From assembly GCA_027451705.1 (NCBI GenBank), contig DAIDIT010000042.1:1-44082 (forward strand): a stretch of 44,082 bases of DNA. Reading direction: 5' to 3'. Shown here one piece after another: positions 7,189 to 15,752 of this stretch. The stretch's first letter is position 1. Each line of letters starts with the position of its first letter. The position numbers and the translations under genes were made by a program. The DNA is from Pseudomonadota bacterium. GTDB taxonomy: Bacteria > Myxococcota > Myxococcia > Myxococcales > JAKAPL01. Below the pieces are notes generated by a model that was not told the origin of the DNA, made no database searches, and saw nothing but the letters and a program-made list of their open reading frames with translations.

Positions 7189-9738
7189 GTGAGGCCCGCC
7201 ACGACCGTTTCGCCGAATCCCCCCACTCCGCCGGAGCGGATCGGGCCACTCTCGGCGTGGCTCTCCCGCTTCTTCCGCGCGGTCTCCTTCCCCGAGGATC
7301 GGGTGGCCGAACTTCGACTGCTGGCGGGGCAGGGGACCCTCGTCTACGTCATGCGCTCCGCGAGCGTGCTGAACCTCGCGTACTTCAGCCAGGCCTACGC
7401 CCTCCGCGGGCTGCCCGTCCCTCGTGTGGTGCACGGCCTCGGGGCCGGTCCACTGCGGAGCGTCGAGACGCGAAAGGTCCGGCGGGTGGACCCCGGCGAA
7501 ATGGCGGCGTCGGTCGTGGCCGGTCAGAGCGCCCTGATCTTCCTCCGCCACCCCGAGGTCTTCGGTTCGCGCCGTGGCGTCCCGCTGGGCGACGATCCGT
7601 TCCCCGAGCTGGTGCGTCGCGCGCGCGAGAGCGGCCGCGAGATTTTCCTGGTCCCCCAGGTTCTCGTTTGGGAGAGGCATCCGGGTCGGCTCGAGAGTGG
7701 CCTCGTCGACGCCGTCTTCGGCACGCCGGACTCGCCGAACCTCGTGCGGACCGCCGGTGCGTTCCTCTACAACCGGCGCAACGCCTTCGCGAAGATCGGC
7801 CAGGCGATCGACCTCCAGCGCTTTCTCGAGGAGCGGGAGCAGGAGAGCGACGCCGACGTCGCGCGCAAGGTCCGCGGCGCGCTCTGGCAGCATCTCGCGC
7901 GCGAGACGCGGGTCGTGCGCGGGCCGCAGCTCAAGACCGAGGCCCGCGTCGTCGAGGAGGTCCTCCGCGACCGCGTCCTCCGGTCGACCCTCGACCGGAT
8001 CGTCGCGGAGGAGGGGGTCTCCCGCCCGGAGGTCGAGGCCCGCGCCCGCGCCGCCCTCCAGGAGATCGCCGCGAACTACAGCCCGACCGCGATCGAGGTC
8101 ATCAAGCCCACGATGAACCTCATCTTCAACCGGATCTACGACGGGATCGAGGTCGACGCGCAGGGCCTGGACCGCATTCGCCGCGCCGCCTCCCGCGCGG
8201 CGGTCGTGCTCTGTCCGAGCCACAAGTCCCACATCGACTACCTGATCCTTTCCACGGTGCTCTACGATGCCGGCCTCACGCCCCCACACATCGCCGCCGG
8301 CGCGAACCTCTCATTCTTCCCCCTCGGGGCGATCTTCCGTCGCGCGGGAGCGTTCTTCCTCCGCCGCTCGTTCAAGGGCGACCGCCTCTACGGCGCCGTC
8401 TTCCGCGCATACGTCAAGCGGCTGATGCGCGACCACTTCACCCAGGAGTTCTTCATCGAGGGCGGCCGCAGCCGGACCGGCAAGCTGCTCTCGCCCAAGC
8501 TCGGCCTGCTCGGGATGGAGGTCGACGCGTGGGTCGAAGGCGCCTCCCACGACGTGTACTTCGTGCCGATCTCGGTCGACTACGAGAAGATCGTCGAGGG
8601 CCGTGCCTACGCCGAGGAGCTCGCGGGCGGCGAGAAGCACAAGGAGGACATGCGCGGCCTGCTGCGCACCCCCCGGGTGCTCCGCTCGCGCTACGGCCGC
8701 ATCTACATCCAGATCGACGAGCCCGTCTCGCTGCGCGACTTCTTCCACGAGCGCGGCGTCGACCCCGCGAACCACACGCCCGAGCAGCGGCGGGCGCTCG
8801 TCCAGGTCCTCGCCCACCGCATCGTCGGCGGCATCGCACGGTCGGCGACGGTGACGCCCGCCTCGCTCGTCGCCGCGACGGTCCTCTGCCACCGCCAGCG
8901 CGGCATCTCGAGTCGCGCCATGGCCGAGCGGATCGCATTCTTGCGCAACGCCGCCGAGAAGATCGGCGCGCGCCTCTCGCGCGTGCTCTACGAGGCGCCG
9001 AGCGATCCCCTGGCCGAGGGGCCGGTTCGCGAGGCAGTCGACCTCTTGCGCGGGGACGGCAGCCTCGTGGAGCTGTCGGCCTTCGGCGAGACGTACTTCG
9101 CCGCGAATCAGGACCGCCGCAGCCAGCTCGCCTTCTACAAGAACACGCTCCTGCAGCACTACGTCGCCTGCGCGCTCCTCGCCGCGTCGGTCCTCTCCTT
9201 CCGCGAGGGCGTACCGGAGCTTTCGGCCGCCCGCGAGCGCACGCTCTGGCTCTCGCGGCTGTTCAAGTTCGAGTTCGTCTACCGCGTCGGAGCGTCGTTC
9301 GAGCAGATCTTCGACGAAACCCTCGAGGTCTGCGCCTCGCTGGGCCTGATCGAGCGGAACCGCGCGGCGGGCAAGATCCGTCCCGCGTCGATCGCCGCGC
9401 GGGAGCGGCTCGAGTTGCTACGCGACCTGCTCCGCGACTTCCTCGAGGGCTACTGGGTCGCGGCGGAGGGGCTTCAGGAACTCGTCCCCGTCCCCGAACT
9501 GGAGGGTCGCGAACTGACGCGCCGGACGCTGGAGCGCGGGCGGGCGGCCTTCCTGGCCGGCGGAATCGCGGAGCCGGAGGCGCTCAGCAGGCCGGCGCTC
9601 GAGAACGCGCTGCTCGCCTTCCAGGATCTCGGAGTTGTCGAATCGGCCTCGGACAAGAAGCTCCGGCTGACGGACGCGGCCCGCGCCGACCCGTCCCTCC
9701 TGCGCAAGCTCGGCGACGACATCCGCCGCTTCTCGTAG
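7189..9738 (+). CDS. plsB: Glycerol-3-phosphate O-acyltransferase
   Basis: Acyltransferase motifs SHKSHIDY (HX4D), AAGANL, GAFFLRRSF, FFIEGGRSRTGK and VPISVDYEK; 849 aa. Confidence 0.92.
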   Translation: MRPATTVSPNPPTPPERIGPLSAWLSRFFRAVSFPEDRVAELRLLAGQGTLVYVMRSASVLNLAYFSQAYALRGLPVPRVVHGLGAGPLRSVETRKVRRVDPGEMAASVVAGQSALIFLRHPEVFGSRRGVPLGDDPFPELVRRARESGREIFLVPQVLVWERHPGRLESGLVDAVFGTPDSPNLVRTAGAFLYNRRNAFAKIGQAIDLQRFLEEREQESDADVARKVRGALWQHLARETRVVRGPQLKTEARVVEEVLRDRVLRSTLDRIVAEEGVSRPEVEARARAALQEIAANYSPTAIEVIKPTMNLIFNRIYDGIEVDAQGLDRIRRAASRAAVVLCPSHKSHIDYLILSTVLYDAGLTPPHIAAGANLSFFPLGAIFRRAGAFFLRRSFKGDRLYGAVFRAYVKRLMRDHFTQEFFIEGGRSRTGKLLSPKLGLLGMEVDAWVEGASHDVYFVPISVDYEKIVEGRAYAEELAGGEKHKEDMRGLLRTPRVLRSRYGRIYIQIDEPVSLRDFFHERGVDPANHTPEQRRALVQVLAHRIVGGIARSATVTPASLVAATVLCHRQRGISSRAMAERIAFLRNAAEKIGARLSRVLYEAPSDPLAEGPVREAVDLLRGDGSLVELSAFGETYFAANQDRRSQLAFYKNTLLQHYVACALLAASVLSFREGVPELSAARERTLWLSRLFKFEFVYRVGASFEQIFDETLEVCASLGLIERNRAAGKIRPASIAARERLELLRDLLRDFLEGYWVAAEGLQELVPVPELEGRELTRRTLERGRAAFLAGGIAEPEALSRPALENALLAFQDLGVVESASDKKLRLTDAARADPSLLRKLGDDIRRFS

Positions 9739-9741
9739 ACC

Positions 9742-10353
9742 ATGATCGCGCCCGCGCTCATCGCACTGCTGCTCGGGCAGCCCGCCTGCCCGGCCCAGGG
9801 CGACGGCGGCGACCGGCTCCTCAACGTCCAGAAGAACCGCCTGCAGTCTCCGGAGCGGATCGACCCGATCGACGTCGGCGGGATCCTCGAGCTTCCGCGC
9901 CGCTTCGACGCGCCGCGCTGGCGCGATCGCTGGCCGCGCCGCGTCGCGTCGCTGGTGGCCGGGCAGGAAGCGCGCGGGGTCGCGCTCGTGGGCTACCTCC
10001 TCGCCGCCAGGCAGTCCGGGCCCGAGAGCTGCAACTGCCACCTCCCCGACCGGCGCGACTTCCACGTCTGGATCGGCGCCGCGCCCGCCGCGGACTACCT
10101 GGACGCGAAACTCCGCCGGGCCGAAGCCGTCATCGTCGAGATGACCCCGGGGGTCCGGGACCTCCACCCCGGCTGGCGGCTGCGGGTGCTCGAGCGGCTG
10201 GCCCACGACCGCGCGCGCGTGAGGGTGACCGGTTGGCTCATGTACGATCCCGAGCACCCCGAACAGCTCGGCAAGACGCGCGGAACACTCTGGGAGGTCC
10301 ACCCGGTCACCGGCTTCGAGGTCTGGAGCGGGGGGCGCTGGGTTCCGCTGTAG
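9742..10353 (+). CDS. Secreted hypothetical protein, possible OB-fold
   Basis: Signal-like N-terminus; motifs PESCNC, DFHVWI, VIVEMTP, VRVTGWLMYDPEH and WEVHPV; starts 3 bp after the plsB stop. Confidence 0.7.
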   Translation: MIAPALIALLLGQPACPAQGDGGDRLLNVQKNRLQSPERIDPIDVGGILELPRRFDAPRWRDRWPRRVASLVAGQEARGVALVGYLLAARQSGPESCNCHLPDRRDFHVWIGAAPAADYLDAKLRRAEAVIVEMTPGVRDLHPGWRLRVLERLAHDRARVRVTGWLMYDPEHPEQLGKTRGTLWEVHPVTGFEVWSGGRWVPL

Positions 10354-10621
10354 CCGACTCGCACGCGAGGTAGGCGGTCAGGCATGGCTCGTCGTCGGGG
10401 CTCGCCGCGCACTCGTGGGCGCCCCAGGGATCCTCCGGATCGAGACACTCCGCGAGCGCGTCGAGGCAGCACCAGCGGCTCGCATCGACCCCGACGCAGT
10501 TCTCGAAGTGGTCCGCGGCGCGGTGATCGGGTTCTTCCGAACAGCGGCTTCGAGGCCCGTCCTGTACCGAGCAGGCCCCGGCGACGAGGAGTATTACGAC
10601 GGGAAGGCGCGTCACGGCCAT
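10307..10621 (-). CDS. Putative small Cys-rich lipoprotein (104 aa)
   Basis: Internal ATG in the tail of spurious ORF 10307..12865: MAVTRLPVVILLVAGAC followed by 8 further Cys; fills an otherwise empty gap; sigma54 motif directly upstream. Confidence 0.55.
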   Translation of the reverse strand: MAVTRLPVVILLVAGACSVQDGPRSRCSEEPDHRAADHFENCVGVDASRWCCLDALAECLDPEDPWGAHECAASPDDEPCLTAYLACESATAEPSAPRSRPRSR

Positions 10622-10634
10622 CTGCAAGAGGAGT

Positions 10635-10650
10635 AGCAGCGGGCGTGCCA
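10635..10650 (-). promoter_or_regulatory. Sigma54 (-24/-12) promoter
   Basis: Minus strand TGGCACGCCCGCTGCT (GG-N10-GC), 13 nt before ATG 10621. Confidence 0.5.
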
Positions 10651-10786
10651 GCGCCAACCGCGCGAATTCACGCCATTCCGAGACCGGCTGCCGGATCGAC
10701 TTTCGAACTGGAGCGGCTATCGCGCGCGCCGTGCGGTCTGTTAGAGTGCCGGCGAACGAGGAGGGCTCGTGCGGCGCGCGGAAGAC

Positions 10787-13021
10787 ATGCCCCAGGGGTG
10801 GGTCGGCAGTTCGCCCGTCCGGCTCGACGGGCTGGACAAGGTCCTCGGCCGAGCGCGCTACCTGGACGACCTGACGTTTCCCGGCCAGCTCTGGGGCCGA
10901 ACCGTCCGATCGACGGTCGCGCATGCGCGGATCGTCCGCCTCGAGCGCGACCCGGCGTTCGACTGGAGCGGGCTCACGTTCGTGACCGCGGCCGACATCC
11001 CGGGCGAGAACGTCGTGCAGCTCATCGAGTCCGACCAGCCGTGCCTCGCGCGAGATGTGGTGCGCCACTGCCACGAGCCGCTCGCGCTGATCGCCGGGCC
11101 GGACCGGGAGAGGCTCGAGGAGGCGCTCGCGCACGTCCTCGTGGAGTACGAGCCGCTGCCCGCCGTCTTCGACCCGCTCGCGTCGACGCAGATCTTCAAA
11201 CACTACGCCTACGAGCGCGAGGCCGGCCGGATCGATGAGGCCTTCGTGCGCGCCGCCCGCGTCGTCGAAGGGCGCTACCGCGTCGGTCACCAGGAGCAGC
11301 TCTACATCGAGCCCAATGCCGTCTGCGCGGTGCCGCGCCCCGACGGCGGCCTCTCGCTCCATGGCTCGATGCAGTGCCCCTTCTACGTCCACCGGGCGCT
11401 GCAGCGTCTCCTCGGCCTCGACGACGACCGCCTCGCGGTGATCCAGACGGTCACCGGCGGCGGCTTCGGCGGCAAGGAGGACTACCCGTCGATGATCGCG
11501 GGCCACGCGGCGCTGCTCGCCCGCAAGTCCGGCCGCCCCGTCAAGATCGTCTACGGCCGCGCCGAAGACATTGCCGCCACGACCAAGCGCCACCCGGCCG
11601 TCGTCGACCACCGCACCGCCGTCGCCGCCGACGGGACCCTGCTCGGCGGCGAGATCCGGATCGTCCTCGACGGCGGCGCCTACTGCACCCTCTCGCCGGT
11701 GGTCCTCTCGCGCGGCGCGATCCACGCCCCCGGCGCCTACCGCTGGCCCTGCTGTCGCGTCGACGCGCGTGCGGTCGCCACGAACACCCCTCCGAACGGG
11801 GCCTTCCGGGGCTTCGGTGCCCCGCAGACGCTTTTCGCGATCGAGATGCACATCGAGAAGATTGCGCGCGAGCTGGGACTCGACCCCGTCGAGGTTCGCC
11901 GCCGCAATGCGCTGCGCGAGGGCGACGTCACGGCGACCGGCCAGAGGCTGCGCGAATCGGTCAGCGCCCTCGCCGCGCTCGACGCGGTCGCGGCGCGTGC
12001 CGGCCCCCTCGAGCGGCCACCCCGTGGCGCTCGCAAGCGGCGTGGCCGCGGCTTCTCGCTCGTCTGGCACGGCGCCGGCTTCACCGGTTCCGGCGAGGTG
12101 AAGCTCAAGGCGCGGGCCGGCGTGGAGCTGACCCCGAACGGCTGCCGGGTGCTCGCGGCCTCGACGGAGATCGGCCAGGGCACCGTGACGGTCTTCTCGC
12201 AGATGGTCGCGGACGCGCTCGGCGTGCCGCTCGACGCGGTGGAGGTCGCGGTCCCGGACACCTCGCGCGTCCCCGACAGCGGGCCGACCGTCGCGAGCCG
12301 CACCTGCATGGTCGTGGGCGGTACGCTGGCCGGTGCGGCCCGGGCGCTCGAGCGCCGCCTCTCGGCCTTCGCCGCCGAGTCGTTCGGCGGGGATCCCTCG
12401 CGCGTCGCCTGCCGGGGCGGTGTCTTCCGCGAAGGGGCGCGCGTTTTGGCGCCGTACTCGGTCGTGGCGGGACGCCATCTCGCCGAACACGGCCCGCTGC
12501 GGATCGTCGAGCAGTACTCCCATCCGCCCGGCATCGTTTGGGACGACGACGAGTTCCGCGGCGACGCCTACCCGGTCTACGCCTGGGCCGCGACCGCGGT
12601 GGACGTGGAGGTCGACCTCGACAGCTACGAGACCCGGATCCTCCGCGCCGTCACCGCGAGCGACGTGGGAAAGGCGATCCACCCGGTCCTCTGCGCGGGC
12701 CAGATAGAGGGCGGCACGGTGCAGGCGCTGGGCTGGGCTCTGCTCGAGGAGCTGCGCCACCGGGACGGCCGCGTGCTGAACGATCGGCTCCAGACCTACC
12801 TCATCCCCACGGCGCTCGACGCCCCGCCGATCGAGACGATCCTGATCGAGAACGGCTACCGCCACGGCCCGTACGGCGCGAAGGGCGTTGGCGAGCTGCC
12901 GATGGACGGTCCCGCGCCTGCGGTCGCGGCGGCGATCCTCGACGCGACCGGGGCGCTCGTTCCGGAGCTGCCGATCACACCCGACCGCCTCATGGCCGCG
13001 CTCGGAAAGGACCCGGCGTGA
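10787..13021 (+). CDS. Xanthine dehydrogenase molybdopterin-binding subunit
   Basis: QEQLYIEP, GGGFGGKE, VVLSRG, AFRGFGAPQ, EIGQG, GQIEGG and AKGVGE motifs. Confidence 0.93.
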   Translation: MPQGWVGSSPVRLDGLDKVLGRARYLDDLTFPGQLWGRTVRSTVAHARIVRLERDPAFDWSGLTFVTAADIPGENVVQLIESDQPCLARDVVRHCHEPLALIAGPDRERLEEALAHVLVEYEPLPAVFDPLASTQIFKHYAYEREAGRIDEAFVRAARVVEGRYRVGHQEQLYIEPNAVCAVPRPDGGLSLHGSMQCPFYVHRALQRLLGLDDDRLAVIQTVTGGGFGGKEDYPSMIAGHAALLARKSGRPVKIVYGRAEDIAATTKRHPAVVDHRTAVAADGTLLGGEIRIVLDGGAYCTLSPVVLSRGAIHAPGAYRWPCCRVDARAVATNTPPNGAFRGFGAPQTLFAIEMHIEKIARELGLDPVEVRRRNALREGDVTATGQRLRESVSALAALDAVAARAGPLERPPRGARKRRGRGFSLVWHGAGFTGSGEVKLKARAGVELTPNGCRVLAASTEIGQGTVTVFSQMVADALGVPLDAVEVAVPDTSRVPDSGPTVASRTCMVVGGTLAGAARALERRLSAFAAESFGGDPSRVACRGGVFREGARVLAPYSVVAGRHLAEHGPLRIVEQYSHPPGIVWDDDEFRGDAYPVYAWAATAVDVEVDLDSYETRILRAVTASDVGKAIHPVLCAGQIEGGTVQALGWALLEELRHRDGRVLNDRLQTYLIPTALDAPPIETILIENGYRHGPYGAKGVGELPMDGPAPAVAAAILDATGALVPELPITPDRLMAALGKDPA

Positions 13022-13539
13022 GCGCGACCCTGGAACTCTCGCTGACCGTCAACGGCGAAACGAGAACCGCAACGGTCGCCCCGCTGGCGCGGCTGCTCGA
13101 CGTCCTGCGCGAGGCGTTCGGCCTCACGGGTACCAAGGAGGGCTGCGGGGAAGGGGAGTGCGGAGCCTGCTCGGTGATCCTCGACGGCGAACTGGTCAAC
13201 GCCTGCCTCGTCCCCGCCTCGCAGGCGCAGGGCGCGGTCGTGACGACCGTCGAGGGGCTGGCCGCCCGCGACGGGACACCGAGCCCTCTCCAGCAGGCCT
13301 TCCTCGAATGCGGTGGGGCGCAGTGCGGGATCTGCACGCCCGGGATGCTCGTCGCGGGCCAGCGCTTCCTCGACGGCGGCGCGCCCGCGACGGACGCGGC
13401 CGTCCGGGAGGCCATCGCGGGCAACCTCTGCCGCTGCACGGGCTACGCGAAGATCGTCGACTCGATCCAGCGCGCCGCGGCGACTCCCTCTCCCCCGCCA
13501 GGGGAGCGGGCTGGGGTGAGGGGACCCGGCGATCGATGA
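13018..13539 (+). CDS. Xanthine dehydrogenase (2Fe-2S) subunit
   Basis: GTGA overlap with the upstream stop; GCGEGECGAC, QCGICTPG and GNLCRCTGY motifs. Confidence 0.93.
   Translation: MSATLELSLTVNGETRTATVAPLARLLDVLREAFGLTGTKEGCGEGECGACSVILDGELVNACLVPASQAQGAVVTTVEGLAARDGTPSPLQQAFLECGGAQCGICTPGMLVAGQRFLDGGAPATDAAVREAIAGNLCRCTGYAKIVDSIQRAAATPSPPPGERAGVRGPGDR
13486..13523. repeat. REP-like palindromic element inside the 3' end of the 2Fe-2S gene
   Basis: CCCTCTCCCC-cgcca-GGGGAGCGGG-CTGGGGTGAGGGG, resembling the widespread CCCTCTCCC..GGGAGAGGG..GGGGTGAGGG palindrome class. Confidence 0.6.
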
Positions 13540-14390
13540 TTGCGGACATCCCCGTCACGAGCGTCCGCTCGCTGGATGAGGCGTACGCCGTCCTCGCCCG
13601 GCGCGCCGCCGGCCTGCGCGTCCTGGCGGGCGGGACCGACCTGATGGTCCAGATCCAGGCGCGCGTCGGGCTGGAGCGCATCGGCCACATCCTCGACATT
13701 TGGAAGGTTTCCGAGCTGCGCCACGTCACCCTGGACGGCGGAACGCTTCGCGTGGGCGCGCTCGCGACCTACACCGATCTGCTCCGCTCCGAGGCCGTGC
13801 GCGCGGCGCTGCCTGCCCTGGCGCAGGTCGCGCGCGAGGTTGGCGCCTGGGCCATCCAGAACCGCGGAACGCTCGGCGGCAACGTCTGCAACGCGTCGCC
13901 CGCCGGCGACACGCTCCCCATTCTGATCGCGGCCGGCGCGACCTTCGTCGTCGGAGGCCCGCGCGGCGAACGGCGGATCGCTGCCGAGGAGTTCTTCGTC
14001 GCCTACCGCAAGACCGCGCTCGCGGCCGACGAACTGCTGCTCCGCGCCGAGCTTCCGGCCCTCGCGCCCGGGGAGCGGCTGGTCTACCGCAAGGTCGGCA
14101 CGCGCCGCGCGCAGTCGATCTCGCGCGCGTCCTTGGCCGTGCGCGCGCGCGTCGAAGCGGGCGCGTTCCGCGGCGTCCGGATCGCGGCCGGCTGCGTCGC
14201 GCCCGTGCCGCTGCGCTGTCGCGCAACCGAGGCCGCGCTCGAGGGCGGTGGGCCCGGTGCGGCCGCGTTCGCCGCCGCCCGCGCCGCGCTCGACGGCGAA
14301 ATCCGGCCCATCGACGACCTGCGCGCGACGGCGGCCTACCGCCGGCGGGTGGCGGGCAACGTCCTCGAGCAACTGCTCGCCGCGTTCTGA
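13536..14390 (+). CDS. Xanthine dehydrogenase FAD-binding subunit
   Basis: ATGA overlap; LAGGTDL, IQNRGTLGGNVCNASPAGD and PIDDLRATAAYRR motifs. Confidence 0.93.
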   Translation: MIADIPVTSVRSLDEAYAVLARRAAGLRVLAGGTDLMVQIQARVGLERIGHILDIWKVSELRHVTLDGGTLRVGALATYTDLLRSEAVRAALPALAQVAREVGAWAIQNRGTLGGNVCNASPAGDTLPILIAAGATFVVGGPRGERRIAAEEFFVAYRKTALAADELLLRAELPALAPGERLVYRKVGTRRAQSISRASLAVRARVEAGAFRGVRIAAGCVAPVPLRCRATEAALEGGGPGAAAFAAARAALDGEIRPIDDLRATAAYRRRVAGNVLEQLLAAF

Positions 14391-14396
14391 GCTCCC

Positions 14397-15752
14397 GTGA
14401 CGCTTCCTCCCCGCTCGGCCGCGCTCCTGCGCGGCGGCACCGTGATCGCGATGGACCCCGGACGGCGGCTGATCGAGGGCGGCGACGTGCTGCTCGATGG
14501 CGGCCGCATCGCCGAGGTCGGCCGCCGCCTGCGCGCGCCACGTGGTGCGGCCGTCGCCGACTGCCGCGGCAAGGCGGTGCTTCCCGGCCTCGTGCAGGCC
14601 CACGTCCACCTCTGCCAGGTCCTCTTCCGCAACCGCGCCGACGGGCTCGAACTGCTCGACTGGCTGCGCGAGCGGATTTGGCCGCTCGAGGCGGCCCACG
14701 ATGCCCGCTCGCTCCGCTTCTCCGCCCGGCTCGGGATTGCCGAGTTGCTCCTCGGAGGAACCACCGCCGTCCTCGACATGGCGACGGTCCACCATACCGA
14801 GCAGGTCTTCCTCGCGGCCCGTGAAATGGGGCTGCGCTACACCGGGGGCAAGGCGCTGATGGACGCGGGCGAAGGGGTGCCGCGCGGTTTGCGCGATCGG
14901 ACCGACGAGGCGCTCGCGGAGACGGCCGCGCTGGGCCGCCGCTGGCATGGCGCCGAGGCCGGCAGGCTGCGCTACGCGCTCTGCCCGCGCTTCGTGCTCT
15001 CGTGCAGCGAGCGGCTGCTGCGCCGGAGCGCGGAGCTGGCGCGGCGGGAAGGCTGGCTCGTCCACACCCACGCGAGCGAGAACCCGACCGAGACCCGGCT
15101 CGTGCGGGAGCGGCTCGGCACGGACAACGCCGCCTACTTCCACGGGCTGGGGCTGAGCGGGCCGCACGTGGTCCTGGCGCACTGCGTCCACCTGACCGCC
15201 GCGGAAGAGCGGCTGCTCGCGAGGACCGGCACGCACGCCGTCCACTGCCCGGGCGCCAACCTCAAGCTCGGCAGCGGCCTGGCCCCGCTGCCGCGGATGA
15301 GGCGTCGGGGGGTGCCGCTCGCGCTCGGCGCCGACGGCGCCCCGTGCAATAACAGCCTCGACGTCTTCCACGAACTTCGCCTCGCCGCGACGCTGCACCT
15401 GCCGCGCTTCGGGCCGCGGAGCGTCACCGCCCACGACGCGCTCGAGGTGGCGACGCTCGGGGGTGCCGCGGCGCTCGGGCTGCGTGACGAGATCGGGTCG
15501 CTCGAGCCCGGAAAGCGGGCGGACGTGACGGTCGTCGACCTCCGGCGCCCCCACCTCGCCCCGCGCGGCGAGGACCCCGTCGCGACGCTCGTCTACGGCG
15601 CCACGGCTGCCGACGTCACCGACGTCTGGGTGGACGGCCGCCGCCTCGTCCACGGCGGAGTCCTGCGAGTGGCGGACACGGGGCGTCTCGTCGCGGCGGC
15701 CGAGCGTGAGGCCCGCCGCGTCGTCCGCCGCGCCGGCCTCGACGGCGCGTGA
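14397..15752 (+). CDS. Amidohydrolase-family nucleoside deaminase (5'-deoxyadenosine/MTA-SAH deaminase-like)
   Basis: PGLVQAHVHLCQ (HxH), LLDWLRERIWPLE, HTHASE, LAHCVH, HCPGANLKLGSG, LGADG and GSLEPGKRAD motifs. Confidence 0.88.
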   Translation: MTLPPRSAALLRGGTVIAMDPGRRLIEGGDVLLDGGRIAEVGRRLRAPRGAAVADCRGKAVLPGLVQAHVHLCQVLFRNRADGLELLDWLRERIWPLEAAHDARSLRFSARLGIAELLLGGTTAVLDMATVHHTEQVFLAAREMGLRYTGGKALMDAGEGVPRGLRDRTDEALAETAALGRRWHGAEAGRLRYALCPRFVLSCSERLLRRSAELARREGWLVHTHASENPTETRLVRERLGTDNAAYFHGLGLSGPHVVLAHCVHLTAAEERLLARTGTHAVHCPGANLKLGSGLAPLPRMRRRGVPLALGADGAPCNNSLDVFHELRLAATLHLPRFGPRSVTAHDALEVATLGGAAALGLRDEIGSLEPGKRADVTVVDLRRPHLAPRGEDPVATLVYGATAADVTDVWVDGRRLVHGGVLRVADTGRLVAAAEREARRVVRRAGLDGA

